From: Gemmatimonadaceae bacterium
GTDB taxonomy: Bacteria > Gemmatimonadota > Gemmatimonadetes > Gemmatimonadales > Gemmatimonadaceae
Length of the DNA stretch: 64,000 nucleotides
Assembly (NCBI GenBank): GCA_045803545.1
Contig: JBJMOW010000005.1
Coordinates: forward strand, 256,001 to 320,000
Direction of reading: 5' to 3'
Below, in pieces: positions 20,410 through 30,682 of this stretch. The translations under genes were made by a program, and so were the position numbers. The notes under the pieces are model-generated. The model was not told the origin of the DNA and searched no databases. It saw only the letters and a list, made by a program, of their open reading frames with translations. Each line of letters begins with the position of its first letter. Position 1 is the stretch's first letter.

Positions 20410-20573
20410 TGCGATAGCAAAATCCTAGCCTTTCCGCGAGGCCGGCTGAGTGCCTGCAAATATGCCCCAGTGCACCACAACCCACCGACGCAACAACCGT
20501 CACACGAAGCGTTAACCCGAGAAGGCGCGAAATCTACCCTCACGCACTAGCGTCGCACAGTCTCCGTGTCCGC

Positions 20574-20582
20574 TGCTAACTT
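20574..20582 (+). promoter_or_regulatory. Putative extended -10 (TGCTAACTT)
   Basis: TGnTANNNT about 50 nt upstream of the ATG at 20631. Confidence 0.35.
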
Positions 20583-20630
20583 TCTTCACTCGTTGTCCGC
20601 GCTTTCGGCAATCACCCTGCCTCCTGACCG

Positions 20631-21677
20631 ATGAAAGTTCTTGTAACTGGCGCTGCGGGATTTATTGGCTTTCACACAGCAAGAAAACTACTTGCCAGAG
20701 GTGAGGACGTTGTTGGGTTCGACAACCTCAATTCCTATTACGACATTCGGCTCAAAGAGGCGCGACTCAACCAGTTACAAGCTGACCCGCGGTTTACGTT
20801 CATTCGCGGTGAGCTTGCCGACGCTTCGATAGTTAACGAGGTATTTCGTGAACATGATATCGGCTCGGCGATTCACCTCGCCGCACAAGCGGGGGTCCGC
20901 TATTCACTAAAAAACCCGCGAGCGTACGTCGACAGCAATTTGATCGGTTTCGTCAACGTTCTTGAGGCAGCACGATATGCAAATCTGCGACATCTCGTGT
21001 ACGCCTCGTCCTCGTCCGTATACGGCGCGAATACTTCGATGCCATTTAGCGTGCGTCAGAACGTTGATCATCCGCTGAGCCTTTATGCTGCGACCAAGAA
21101 AGCAAATGAGCTGATGGCTCATTCTTACAGCCACCTGTTTCGGATTCCTACTACCGGACTCCGCTTCTTCACAGTCTACGGGCCATGGGGCCGGCCGGAC
21201 ATGGCCCTATTCCTGTTCACAAAGGCAATCCTCGCTGGCGAGCCGATCGAGCTTTTCAATCATGGACGCATGCGACGAGACTTCACGTACATCGATGACA
21301 TAGTGGAGGGCGTCGTACGCGTTCTCGACAGACCTGCGGCCCCGAACGCGGATTGGAACGGCGGCGATCCTGATTCTGCGTCGAGCAGAGCCCCTTACAG
21401 GCTTTACAATATCGGGAATAACTCGCCTGTAGAGTTGGCGCGGCTGGTCGAGGTACTCGAAAGCGCGCTCGGACGCAAAGCGGAGAAGCGGCTGGTTGAC
21501 ATGCAGCCTGGCGACGTCCCAGCAACCTATGCTGACATCGACGCTCTTGTTGAGGACGTTGGCTTTCGGCCTTCCACACCGATCGAGGAGGGGGTGGAGC
21601 GATTTGTCGCTTGGTACAAGTCGTTTTATAAAGCCGGACCGAAGGCTGTCAGACGGACAAGCAAAGCGTCGCGCTAA
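20631..21677 (+). CDS. UDP-glucuronate 4-epimerase (CapI/WbnF/Uge-type)
   Basis: GAAGFIG, HLAAQAGVRYS, YAATKKANE and RFFTVYGPWGRPDMA signature. Confidence 0.92.
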   Translation: MKVLVTGAAGFIGFHTARKLLARGEDVVGFDNLNSYYDIRLKEARLNQLQADPRFTFIRGELADASIVNEVFREHDIGSAIHLAAQAGVRYSLKNPRAYVDSNLIGFVNVLEAARYANLRHLVYASSSSVYGANTSMPFSVRQNVDHPLSLYAATKKANELMAHSYSHLFRIPTTGLRFFTVYGPWGRPDMALFLFTKAILAGEPIELFNHGRMRRDFTYIDDIVEGVVRVLDRPAAPNADWNGGDPDSASSRAPYRLYNIGNNSPVELARLVEVLESALGRKAEKRLVDMQPGDVPATYADIDALVEDVGFRPSTPIEEGVERFVAWYKSFYKAGPKAVRRTSKASR

Positions 21678-21678
21678 A

Positions 21679-22713
21679 TCAGCGCCCAGCTACCGGAGCT
21701 CCTGCTTCGGATGACGTTGCAGCGACCTCCCTGATTCTCCGATCGAGGAGTGTCCAGCCGAGTACAACAAGAATCCCATATCCAGCGATCGCCGTGATCA
21801 GCTGAGCGCCGCTGCCGTTCCGGACGCACAACGCGAGGACGGCGCCGAACGCTGCGGCGAGGGCGTAAAGCGAGGTTACGCGCGCGTGGCCCCAGCCACC
21901 ATTCGCGAGACGCTGATATAGATGCGATCGATGTGCCTGCGTCAGCTGTTCACGGCGCCGAATGCGCAGCAGCACCGTTAGAAAAGCGTCGAGAAACAGC
22001 GGAAGCAACGGCAAAAACAATAGAGACGCTGGAGCGCTGCCCAATGCGAAGGCGCCGGCGATTACGAAAAACATTCCGAGCGGCCCCGAGCCAACATCGC
22101 CCATGAACATTTTTGCGGGCGACCAGTTCCAGAGCAGGAAGCCAAAGCATGCTGCCGCGAGAACTATCCCGAACTGAGAACCTGTGCTCCCGCGCGAGGC
22201 CAGACTGAAGACAAATACTCCGTAGACGACACCCTGGGCCGATACCATACCATCTAGACCATCCATAAAGTTGACGATGTTGATTGATGCGACCGTCCAA
22301 AACACCCACCATGCGAGCCAAAGGAATTCGAGGACGCCTGCGTGAGGACCCCGGGCTGCGACTACCAGCGTGATAGCAACACCGCAGGCGATGTGGACGG
22401 CCAGTCGGACGCCGACTCGCATAGACCGCGTGTCATCCAGCCAACCAACCGCGGCAAGTGCGACGATGGCGACGATCAGCGCAACATCACTCAGCTGGAT
22501 TCCGACGTGTCGGCTAACTAGCTCCGTGGTAAGACCCCACAGCACCGCCGCTACAAGCGCCACACCCCCGCCCCGTGGTGTTGGGACCGAGTGGGAGCTT
22601 CGATGGTTAGGGATGTCGAGAACCCCTGCGCGACGCGAGACACGAAGCATCAATCCGACGCCCAGGATCGATATCGCAAAGGAGCCAGCCACTAACCACC
22701 CCGTCCCCATCAC
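21679..22713 (-). CDS. MraY/WecA-superfamily (WbpL-like) undecaprenyl-phosphate HexNAc-1-P transferase
   Basis: PN.RSSH..PTPRGGG, NFMDGLDG, FMGDVGS and AHRSHLYQRL motifs. Confidence 0.92.
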   Translation of the reverse strand: MMGTGWLVAGSFAISILGVGLMLRVSRRAGVLDIPNHRSSHSVPTPRGGGVALVAAVLWGLTTELVSRHVGIQLSDVALIVAIVALAAVGWLDDTRSMRVGVRLAVHIACGVAITLVVAARGPHAGVLEFLWLAWWVFWTVASINIVNFMDGLDGMVSAQGVVYGVFVFSLASRGSTGSQFGIVLAAACFGFLLWNWSPAKMFMGDVGSGPLGMFFVIAGAFALGSAPASLLFLPLLPLFLDAFLTVLLRIRRREQLTQAHRSHLYQRLANGGWGHARVTSLYALAAAFGAVLALCVRNGSGAQLITAIAGYGILVVLGWTLLDRRIREVAATSSEAGAPVAGR

Positions 22714-23708
22714 TTTGCGATTCGAGTTGCGGGCCGCACTTGACGCGCCGCCACTGCCGAATAGTAGTACTCTGCTGTTTCCTGCAGAGCGGCGTCAACT
22801 CTGATCGGAGGCCGCCAGTTCAACAGTCGCTGCGATTTGCTGATGTCGACTCGAAGAGAATCCAGCAAACGGTTAGCGAAGTCACGCTTTCCCACAATCG
22901 ATGCGATCGCCCGCAATGCTAGAACTGGAATCGGAAAGAGTCGCAGGCGCCGGCCCATCGCTGTGGCAGTTCGTTGTAGCAGCTCCGGGGTTGACAGATC
23001 TTCTCCGTCACTGACCAGGAACGTCTGCCCGGAAGCAGCCGGGTGGTCGAGGCAGCGCAAAAGAAAATCCTGAAGGTTGCCGATGGAAACCAGACTACGT
23101 GCATTCGCCACGAGGGCGAAGGGAAGTGGAATCTCCTTGTCCAGCCAGCGCATAAGCTCCAAAAAGTTTGCGCGTACACCCGGTCCGTAAACCAGTACGG
23201 GGCGTACGACGACTACTTCCATGCTCGTTTCGTCGGCAATGTTTCGCAGTCCGACCTCCGCATCACTTTTTGAACGGGCATAAATCTCTCGCGGATTTGC
23301 CGGATCATCAGCCCGAAAAGGCTTGTCGATAGGCGTCGACTCTCCGTTCACCTTTACCGAACTGAGGAAAACAAAGCGACGTGCACCCGCTGCAGCTGCT
23401 GCACGTGCAAGTCTGACCGTGCTGTCGACGTTCAGCTTCCTGTAGTTTTCGACCGACGAACCATGTCGTTGGTGGACGAGAGCAGCGGAATGAACCACGA
23501 TTTGTACATCTCCAAGCAGCACATCCCAATCGATATCACCGGCGAGATCGCTGACTGTTACCTGCTCACCGACGATTTCGGTCGGCCGGCGAACAACGGC
23601 GCGGGCGATCCATCGCGGGTTTTGATTCAAAGAGCGAACTAGCGCGCTTCCGACAAAACCGGTCGCTCCAGTTACGAGCACCCTTGTCTTTCCGTCAGCG
23701 GGGCACAA
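22710..23708 (-). CDS. NAD-dependent epimerase/4-reductase (WbpK/WbpV-like)
   Basis: GATGFVG, SSVKVNGE, YARSK and VYGPGVRANF motifs; adjacent to the WbpL-like gene. Confidence 0.85.
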   Translation of the reverse strand: MCPADGKTRVLVTGATGFVGSALVRSLNQNPRWIARAVVRRPTEIVGEQVTVSDLAGDIDWDVLLGDVQIVVHSAALVHQRHGSSVENYRKLNVDSTVRLARAAAAAGARRFVFLSSVKVNGESTPIDKPFRADDPANPREIYARSKSDAEVGLRNIADETSMEVVVVRPVLVYGPGVRANFLELMRWLDKEIPLPFALVANARSLVSIGNLQDFLLRCLDHPAASGQTFLVSDGEDLSTPELLQRTATAMGRRLRLFPIPVLALRAIASIVGKRDFANRLLDSLRVDISKSQRLLNWRPPIRVDAALQETAEYYYSAVAARQVRPATRIAK

Positions 23709-24921
23709 TCGACAAAACGTCCTCCGCTAATTGTTGGATAAGGTGACCCCGCGCGAATTTACTGACGAAGTCAGCTCGCTTGGTCGTCTTGAATTGAAGG
23801 TTTCGAAAGGAGCGCACTGCCCCATCGACGTCGCAGGGTGCGAACACCGCCGCGTTTTCCAACTCGCTGGAAACGAACTCCGCGGCGTATCCCGAAACTC
23901 CTGCCCAAACTGGTTTTCCCATCGCGCCGTACTCGAAAAGCTTCGAGGGAAGAACTTTTCGGAAAGCCGGGTAATCGTTCAGGTGGAGAAACAGGACGTC
24001 GGCCGCTCTGTAGGCCTCGATCAGTTCCTTCCTCCTGATCGGCGGCAACACCTCGACGTTCGAAGCCTCTGCCCGCGCGAGCGCAGCGACCAGCTGAGGT
24101 TTTCGTCCGCCATCGCCGATGATGGTGAATTGAATTTCCCGTTCCATTCGTTTGGCCAACCGTGGGACAATCTCGTGAAGGCCCTGTCCGTCTCCGAGGT
24201 TACCAGCGTAGAGCACACTCCGCCTGCCGCTCCCATTAGCAAATGCTTTCGACGCACTATTGCGAGCGTGCGAGCCGGCGGCCCCAGGAACGAGCTCCCC
24301 CGCTATGCGAGTTTCGCCGACAAACTCTTCGTCCACGCCGTTGGTAATGAAAGAGAATTTGCGATGGGGATATCGGGCGCGGAAATACTCGGCGAACCCT
24401 GGCGAGACGAGATTGACCTTGGCTGCGCTCGCAATTGCCGAACGCTCCAGCAGCGAGGCTATCGGCGGCACCAACCAGGACAACGCGGGTGCGACATCTC
24501 GCATAGTGTCAACAAAAATGTCCCGGATGTCCAGATAAAGCTTTGCTTGCACGCGTTTCGCGATCCGCGCCGCAAGGACGGCGGTCATCAGCCTGCTGGA
24601 CGATGCGAACACAGCGTCGTACTTCTGCCCCCGTGCTATTTGCATCGCTCGCGACGCGAACGCCAAGAAACTCAGCGATTGATCGAGCATACCGCTTTCA
24701 TGTCGCGGCAAAGCGACCCGGTGGATCGAAAGGCTCTCGGACTGCTCCGTTTCCGGGGCCTCGGCAGTGAACGACTTATACCGATTGGGGAGCGTCGTGA
24801 TCACGTCCACCTGGCCACCCCTGGGGAGCAGCTTGACGAGTGCATCGGCCAACGCTGCCACCCGGAACGACCCAGCGCTAAGGTCCGGCCGGTAATAAAA
24901 ACTGAGAACGAGAATTCTCAC
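23695..24921 (-). CDS. GT4-family glycosyltransferase (WeeG/WbuB-like)
   Basis: YAGNLGDGQGL and LPSKLFEY..MGKP motifs. GTG start overlaps the upstream stop (GTGA). Confidence 0.88.
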   Translation of the reverse strand: MRILVLSFYYRPDLSAGSFRVAALADALVKLLPRGGQVDVITTLPNRYKSFTAEAPETEQSESLSIHRVALPRHESGMLDQSLSFLAFASRAMQIARGQKYDAVFASSSRLMTAVLAARIAKRVQAKLYLDIRDIFVDTMRDVAPALSWLVPPIASLLERSAIASAAKVNLVSPGFAEYFRARYPHRKFSFITNGVDEEFVGETRIAGELVPGAAGSHARNSASKAFANGSGRRSVLYAGNLGDGQGLHEIVPRLAKRMEREIQFTIIGDGGRKPQLVAALARAEASNVEVLPPIRRKELIEAYRAADVLFLHLNDYPAFRKVLPSKLFEYGAMGKPVWAGVSGYAAEFVSSELENAAVFAPCDVDGAVRSFRNLQFKTTKRADFVSKFARGHLIQQLAEDVLSIVPR

Positions 24922-26582
24922 GGCGGCGCCTTCCACACGATATGGGTCTCCACCGTTTCGCCAACGAATCGGACAACGAGACAATTGGTTGGCAAGCAGC
25001 GGCCGAATTCCGGATGCCAGGTAGTCTGCTCCTGATTTAGAACGCCTTCATGCGCGGCGAAAGCGACCTCGTGCCCGGATGGAAGTCGAAGGTACACGGT
25101 GGTTGGGCTGCCCTGCTCGCTTCGGAATTCCCGGATAGTCACGCGAGGGTGGAGACGAAAACGCGCCTCCGCATGACGGAATGGTCCGCGAATCTGGTCG
25201 CGAATAACCAATGAATGGCCTTCGACTCGCCATTTGCGCGAATGCAGCGGGGATCCCGGCAGCCACGAATAGCCATCATGACTGCACTGCACGACTGTCT
25301 CATTTCCGGTGGTTACTTCCAGGTCGTGTGGTCTTGCCCGACGACCTGTTCGGAAGGAGCTCCAGATCTCCGAGGAGTTAGCGTGATCGATCGTGACCGT
25401 GTTGTGCGCAGGCGTTCCACGCTGACGGACGCGTTCGGCGCCCACCTCATATAGTGAAGTACCAGAGTTCACGAACACTCTTTCGCCAAACAACGACAGT
25501 TCGAAAGAAAGGGTGTCGGCATGGCTATGCGCGGGCAAGTAGTCGGGCCCAATAGGGCCAACGTCGAGCATAGCCGTCAACGCTGGTGCGTCGATCCTTA
25601 CATAGCCGCTTGATGCCAGTAGCGTAGGCGAATTACTGCGGATTTGTGCGGCGCCGATGTTCAGTCGCTGCGAATAACCATATAGTTCTTCCGGTCGTGG
25701 CGCGACACCGAAAGCCGCATCGTTGAAAAATGCGATGTCGCCGTCTGGATGCGTCATCGCAGACAGCCATGACTGCATCCTGGCAATGACCTGACGCCAA
25801 TGGTCCGATTCCTCGTCAAATCTCGGCGTCGATACGTGTGACACCGCAGCGAGGTTCGTGAGGTCGAGCAGCGATTCGAGAACGAGCGCATGGTACATCG
25901 GGCTTAACTCGAAATGGCCACCGTCGGCCAACACCTGCTCCCGAAGCTCGCGATCCAGGATTCTCAGCCCGGTGCGAAGCCAGCTCTCCGCTTCGGAACC
26001 CCTGAAGAACGCCCCTGAAAAGACGAGAGCCTGGGCATTGGCGAGAAGATGATTTCCCAGGAGGTGTGTTTCCAGATTCCGGGCCAGCCAGCGAGCCTGA
26101 ATGCCGAGACTCTCGATGCAGGAACAAGGCAGCTCGTTTCCCGCAAGCGACCATTTGATCCAGTTGACGATGCGGCGCGAAGTCGGAAAAGGCTCCCACG
26201 CTGTCCCGCGCGCTGGCTCATTCTCCGCGACCCATCGCTCGAGAATGCCGCGATGCCAGTCGGCACGGCTGGCGGCATCAACCGCAGTCAGATCGTCGAA
26301 ATAGTGGAGATTATATCTCCACAGTTTTGACCACTCAGTATTATCCCAACCGCCCGGGGCGACATCATTGGTTTCGTTGAGGAATTGGAATGACGACGGT
26401 CCCACCATCCGCGCTGAGAGGCGTGCCGGGGCCATCCAGGCTGAACTCGACAAACTCCTTCTTGGCGGGGCGCTTCGGAGATCTAGTTTTGGTTTTATTA
26501 GATAACGACGGGCACGTCCCAAGATCTGCCCCGCACGCAGGTGCCTGATCGTATTCCAATACGTCTGCAGGCCCGCGCTCAC
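24918..26582 (-). CDS. Heparinase II/III-family protein (WeeF-like)
   Basis: LWRYNLHYFD, NHLLAN, DGGHFELSPMYH, HSHADTLSFEL and AHNTVTID motifs. No signal peptide. Confidence 0.88.
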   Translation of the reverse strand: MSAGLQTYWNTIRHLRAGQILGRARRYLIKPKLDLRSAPPRRSLSSSAWMAPARLSARMVGPSSFQFLNETNDVAPGGWDNTEWSKLWRYNLHYFDDLTAVDAASRADWHRGILERWVAENEPARGTAWEPFPTSRRIVNWIKWSLAGNELPCSCIESLGIQARWLARNLETHLLGNHLLANAQALVFSGAFFRGSEAESWLRTGLRILDRELREQVLADGGHFELSPMYHALVLESLLDLTNLAAVSHVSTPRFDEESDHWRQVIARMQSWLSAMTHPDGDIAFFNDAAFGVAPRPEELYGYSQRLNIGAAQIRSNSPTLLASSGYVRIDAPALTAMLDVGPIGPDYLPAHSHADTLSFELSLFGERVFVNSGTSLYEVGAERVRQRGTPAHNTVTIDHANSSEIWSSFRTGRRARPHDLEVTTGNETVVQCSHDGYSWLPGSPLHSRKWRVEGHSLVIRDQIRGPFRHAEARFRLHPRVTIREFRSEQGSPTTVYLRLPSGHEVAFAAHEGVLNQEQTTWHPEFGRCLPTNCLVVRFVGETVETHIVWKAPP

Positions 26583-27700
26583 GCCGGTTTATTCGTCAGC
26601 AGAGTTTGCAGGACCGTCACGATTCGTTCTCCCGAGTGCCCGTCCCACTTAAGCGGGATGCTGCCCTTTTTCCATTGCCCGGCAAACAGACGCTCGAACG
26701 CTGGCCTGAGGGCGGAAGGCTTCGTACCGAGCAGCTCGTTCGTGCCCACCGAAACGGTTTCGGGTCGTTCCGTGCTGTCTCTAAGGGTCATGCAAGGGAT
26801 TCCAAGAACAGTCGTCTCCTCAGTTATGCCGCCCGAGTCGGTCACGACACACATCGAATGCTTAACCAGGAACACGAACTCTAGATACGCCTGCGGCGGC
26901 ACCACAACAAGGTTCTTCGGAAGTTTTGTGATGCGCCCCAGCGTCTTTGCCGTCCGTGGGTGCGCCGGGAAAACAACAAGATGATCTCCGGCGCATCCCG
27001 CAATCTGCTGCACAAGATTCTCGAAGCCGGAGAGATTGTCGACGTTGGCCGGACGGTGAAGGGTTACCACCACGTAGTCGCCACGCGTTAGCCCGACACC
27101 ATCCCAGAATTCCGGCTGGACCAGTTTGTGGAGGTTGGCCTGGAGCGTATCGATCATAGTGTTGCCAACGAAGAAAATTCTTTCTGCTGGAGCACCCACG
27201 TTACGCAGATTCTCGCCCGCGAGTTCGCTGGTCGTAAAGAACATGTCTGCGATCGAGTCAGTCACAACACGGTTGATTTCCTCGGGCATCGTCCAGTCAC
27301 CGGAACGAATCCCTGCTTCTACGTGGGCGACTGGCACGCCGACTTTCTTCGCGGCAATCGCGCACGCCATCGTCGAATTCACGTCACCGACGACGAGGCA
27401 GAGGTCACTTCGATCCCTGAGCAGCAATTCTTCATAACGCACCATTATCGCTGCGGTTTGCTCGGCTTGCGTGCCCGACCCAACCTCGAGATTGACGTCC
27501 GGCGCAGGGATGTCGAGCTGAGCAAAAAAATCGCCCGACATGCGGGCGTCGTAATGTTGGCCGGTATGCACCAATCGATGTCGCAGACTCTTCTTCGCTG
27601 CGTCGTTGGCCTCAAGCGCACGGAGAATCGAGGAGATCTTCATGAAGTTCGGGCGCGCCCCCGCAATCAGATCGATACGCGGTGAACGACTCGAGCTCAT
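26579..27700 (-). CDS. wecB: UDP-N-acetylglucosamine 2-epimerase (non-hydrolysing)
   Basis: GARPNFMK, HTGQHYD, HVEAGIRS, PEEINR, DSGGITEE and TERPE motifs. Confidence 0.95.
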   Translation of the reverse strand: MSSSRSPRIDLIAGARPNFMKISSILRALEANDAAKKSLRHRLVHTGQHYDARMSGDFFAQLDIPAPDVNLEVGSGTQAEQTAAIMVRYEELLLRDRSDLCLVVGDVNSTMACAIAAKKVGVPVAHVEAGIRSGDWTMPEEINRVVTDSIADMFFTTSELAGENLRNVGAPAERIFFVGNTMIDTLQANLHKLVQPEFWDGVGLTRGDYVVVTLHRPANVDNLSGFENLVQQIAGCAGDHLVVFPAHPRTAKTLGRITKLPKNLVVVPPQAYLEFVFLVKHSMCVVTDSGGITEETTVLGIPCMTLRDSTERPETVSVGTNELLGTKPSALRPAFERLFAGQWKKGSIPLKWDGHSGERIVTVLQTLLTNKPA

Positions 27701-29850
27701 GTCTGCATTGACTCCGCGATATCAATCGCAATTCGACTCACCTCGAGTAGCTCGGGAACCGGAATGGGCGGCTGGCCGCCCGCGGTCACCGCAGAGATGA
27801 AAGCGCGAGCTGCGTCACGTTGCCCTTTGTCCTGTCGGAGCAAACGCATCGAGCTGAAACCCGGCCAACCGTAGCCAGTCAGTTTTCGGAAATTGTCGAG
27901 ATGCAGGACACGGCCGGCCGCGAACACCTCCAGTCGCTCTTTGGAAAGCGACTTATGTCCGTTCGCGAGGTACATGAGGCTGCCAATCGATCCATTCTCA
28001 AAGCGCAGAGTGACCGATGCACTGTCGCGTGGGCCCAGGCGCGATTTCGTAGCCAGCGACGCGACATCGCGGTCGACAATCGGGGATCCTGCCAGGAAAC
28101 GAAGCAAGTCGATGAAGTGGCACGCTTCGCCGACTATCCTGCCGCCGATGGAGACGTCCTGTGTCCAGTGATCCGCAGGTACCGCGCCCGCATTCACCGT
28201 CATGGTGATCGCGATGGGTTCGTTAACCGCGGTCAAAAGCTGTTTCATCCGCACAATATGCGGCGCGAATCTCCTGTTGAAGCCAGCCATCAAAACCGGT
28301 GCGTACTTTCCCCGCGCTTCGAACACGGCGTGATCAATAGCGTCCACCTGAGACAGGGTCGTCGCCAACGGTTTCTCAACGAATACGTGCTTCCCCGCCT
28401 GCAAACCCTCGATAACGTATGCGGCGTGGCTGTCGTGACGGGTAGCCACGACGACAGTGGTTACTTCCGGGTCGTCAAAGATCGTAAGAGGATCCGTAGT
28501 GGTCTGCTCGAACCCGAGTTTCGTGCCTACGTAAAAACCTGTGAGTCCGCTTTGGGATACGATTGTCTTGAGTCGGGCGCCCGTGTCTCTGAAAGCAGGT
28601 CCTAAGACAGCAGACGCGTAATTGCCGGCTCCAATGAATCCGACTACTGCGCGTGAGCCGCTCGTTGATCTCGCAGAGACGCTCCTGGTCGAGCGGTCCA
28701 AGCGAACTGTCGACACCCGCGGGTTCGCGCTCTCAGCAGGATCTCTCTCCGGATACTCGAGCAGAATCCCCAAAGCATCCCGGTCGCTGAGCAGCTCATA
28801 AGCAGCCTCAGCATTGGCGATCGGAGCCTTGTGGGAAATCAGAGGAGAAACATCGAGACGGCGGTCTGCCATCATGTCGAGCACGGCTTCGAAATTCCGC
28901 TGCTCCGTCCACCGAACGTATCCAACCGGATAGTCAAACCCTTTCTGCTCGTAACTTGAATCGTATCTCCCGGGCCCGTACGAACAGGAGACCTGGAAGC
29001 TCAGCTCCTTCGAGTAAAAATCCGCTCGCGATAACTCCAGACCCGCGACTCCAACGAGCACAATCCGGCCGCGCTTGCGGCACATGCGTGCAGCGTCTTC
29101 GACCGGTGCGTTGCTGTCAGTAGCTGCGGCGATGATCACCGCGTCGACTCCCCGCCCACGCGAAAATGCCGTTGCCGCGCCCACAACATCATTTCCATTA
29201 CCAGCGTTTACAACTTCAGCGCCCAACTGCGCTGCCAGCCTGAGTCGAGCGGCATTGTGATCAATTCCCAGTACTCGACAGCCATTCGCCTTCAGTAGTT
29301 GCACGGTCATCAACCCGACCAGGCCTAGCCCGGTAACGACTACGGCCTCGCCGAGCGTTGGCTGCACCAGTCTGATCGCCTCGAGCGCAATAGCGCCAAT
29401 GACAGTGAATGAAGCGTCGTCATCTGCGACGTTCGCCGGAACCTTTGCGCAAAGATTCGCGGGAACGCTGACGATCTCGGCGTGTTTGCCATTGGAGGCG
29501 ACGCGATCCCCTGCTGCAAATCCGACTGCGTCCCTGCCCGCTTCTATCACGACCCCGACGTTGCAATACCCAAGAGGGAGCGGCTGGTCGAGCTTGTTGC
29601 GCACCGCGGATATCGTAGGAAGAACCCCGTCGGTTCGTGCTTTCTCGAGCACTTGTTTGACTTTATCCGGCTGCTGTCGCGCCTTTTCGAGAAGGTTCGC
29701 CTTGCCAAAGTCGACAAGCATGCGCTCGGTCCCCGCTGAGACCAGCGTCCGGGTCGTGCGAATAAGGAGCTCTGTTCGAGCTACGGCTGGCCACGGAACC
29801 TCCACCACTTCGGTCCGACCGTTCTTGAGATTCTGCACTACCTGTTTCAA
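27697..29850 (-). CDS. Bi-domain oxidoreductase (Zn-ADH-like plus Gfo/Idh/MocA)
   Basis: SAGTE, LGYCNVG, SCSYGPGRYD..YE; then GFIGAGNY, HVFVEKP, GFNRRF and GEACHFID. Confidence 0.9.
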   Translation of the reverse strand: MKQVVQNLKNGRTEVVEVPWPAVARTELLIRTTRTLVSAGTERMLVDFGKANLLEKARQQPDKVKQVLEKARTDGVLPTISAVRNKLDQPLPLGYCNVGVVIEAGRDAVGFAAGDRVASNGKHAEIVSVPANLCAKVPANVADDDASFTVIGAIALEAIRLVQPTLGEAVVVTGLGLVGLMTVQLLKANGCRVLGIDHNAARLRLAAQLGAEVVNAGNGNDVVGAATAFSRGRGVDAVIIAAATDSNAPVEDAARMCRKRGRIVLVGVAGLELSRADFYSKELSFQVSCSYGPGRYDSSYEQKGFDYPVGYVRWTEQRNFEAVLDMMADRRLDVSPLISHKAPIANAEAAYELLSDRDALGILLEYPERDPAESANPRVSTVRLDRSTRSVSARSTSGSRAVVGFIGAGNYASAVLGPAFRDTGARLKTIVSQSGLTGFYVGTKLGFEQTTTDPLTIFDDPEVTTVVVATRHDSHAAYVIEGLQAGKHVFVEKPLATTLSQVDAIDHAVFEARGKYAPVLMAGFNRRFAPHIVRMKQLLTAVNEPIAITMTVNAGAVPADHWTQDVSIGGRIVGEACHFIDLLRFLAGSPIVDRDVASLATKSRLGPRDSASVTLRFENGSIGSLMYLANGHKSLSKERLEVFAAGRVLHLDNFRKLTGYGWPGFSSMRLLRQDKGQRDAARAFISAVTAGGQPPIPVPELLEVSRIAIDIAESMQT

Positions 29851-29875
29851 GCGTACCCCATTCAGGACCGCGCTC

Positions 29876-30682
29876 CTACTTCGTTGCGCGGATCAACATG
29901 AAAAGACCAAGGTTTCGGGCAAACCGGCGTAACCCCGCACGCGGCCAGATTCGCCGTGCAATCGACAGTAAAGGGCCGTTGTGCCGTTGGCCAGCCTGAG
30001 ACTCGAGGAGATCGCCGTGCGTAAGAACGGTAGCCACTTCCACGGCACGAAACTGTGAAAAAAGCTGCTTAGCCTCGCGTACGGTGTAGGCTTTGGTTCC
30101 CGGACTTTCGAGATATCTGGCGTAGACCTCGCGCAACGACAACCACGGCCGCAAGCGAAGGAGGGCGTACCGGACCCAAAGCATCAGCCCGACCAGACTC
30201 CACTTGTGATAAATCATTATATGTGCTTTGCCACCGGGTTTCAGCACGCGCCAGACCTCTGAGACTGCGTCCGGAGTCGCGGGGCTGTGGTGCAAAACAC
30301 CCCACGAATAAACGCGATCGAAATAACCCGTCGGGAATTCGAGTCGTTCTGCGTCGCCGATTTTGACGTTGGAGGTCAGTCCATAGGCCGACAAGCGGCG
30401 GCGAGTATGGTCAACGGCGCGCGCGGTCAAATCAATTCCGCATAGCTCCGCGCCAGCTTCAGCGAAACGCTGATGATCGGCACCTAATCCTACCCCGATC
30501 TCTAGGACGCGTTTGCCCTTGGCAGCATCGAACTCCGCAAATTCGGATATGTATGGCTCGAGCTCGTATCGCTGCTTTGCCTGTAGCTCATACGAGGCAA
30601 CGTCTGACCCGCGAAGATAGAGGTCTTCCCCGCAGGCGGCTTCGTCCCAAAACTCGCGAACGAGCTCTTTCTCAGCGTTCAC
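29876..30682 (-). CDS. Class I SAM-dependent methyltransferase
   Basis: VLEIGVGLG, DAERL.F and YSWGVLHH motifs. Confidence 0.9.
   Translation of the reverse strand: MNAEKELVREFWDEAACGEDLYLRGSDVASYELQAKQRYELEPYISEFAEFDAAKGKRVLEIGVGLGADHQRFAEAGAELCGIDLTARAVDHTRRRLSAYGLTSNVKIGDAERLEFPTGYFDRVYSWGVLHHSPATPDAVSEVWRVLKPGGKAHIMIYHKWSLVGLMLWVRYALLRLRPWLSLREVYARYLESPGTKAYTVREAKQLFSQFRAVEVATVLTHGDLLESQAGQRHNGPLLSIARRIWPRAGLRRFARNLGLFMLIRATK

Noticed and set aside
23731..25035. 434 aa plus-strand ORF and other long antisense ORFs (e.g. 1182-2078, 3063-3965, 39451-40371, 54491-55465)
   Set aside because: Shadow frames opposite well-supported genes in GC-rich DNA, with no motifs.
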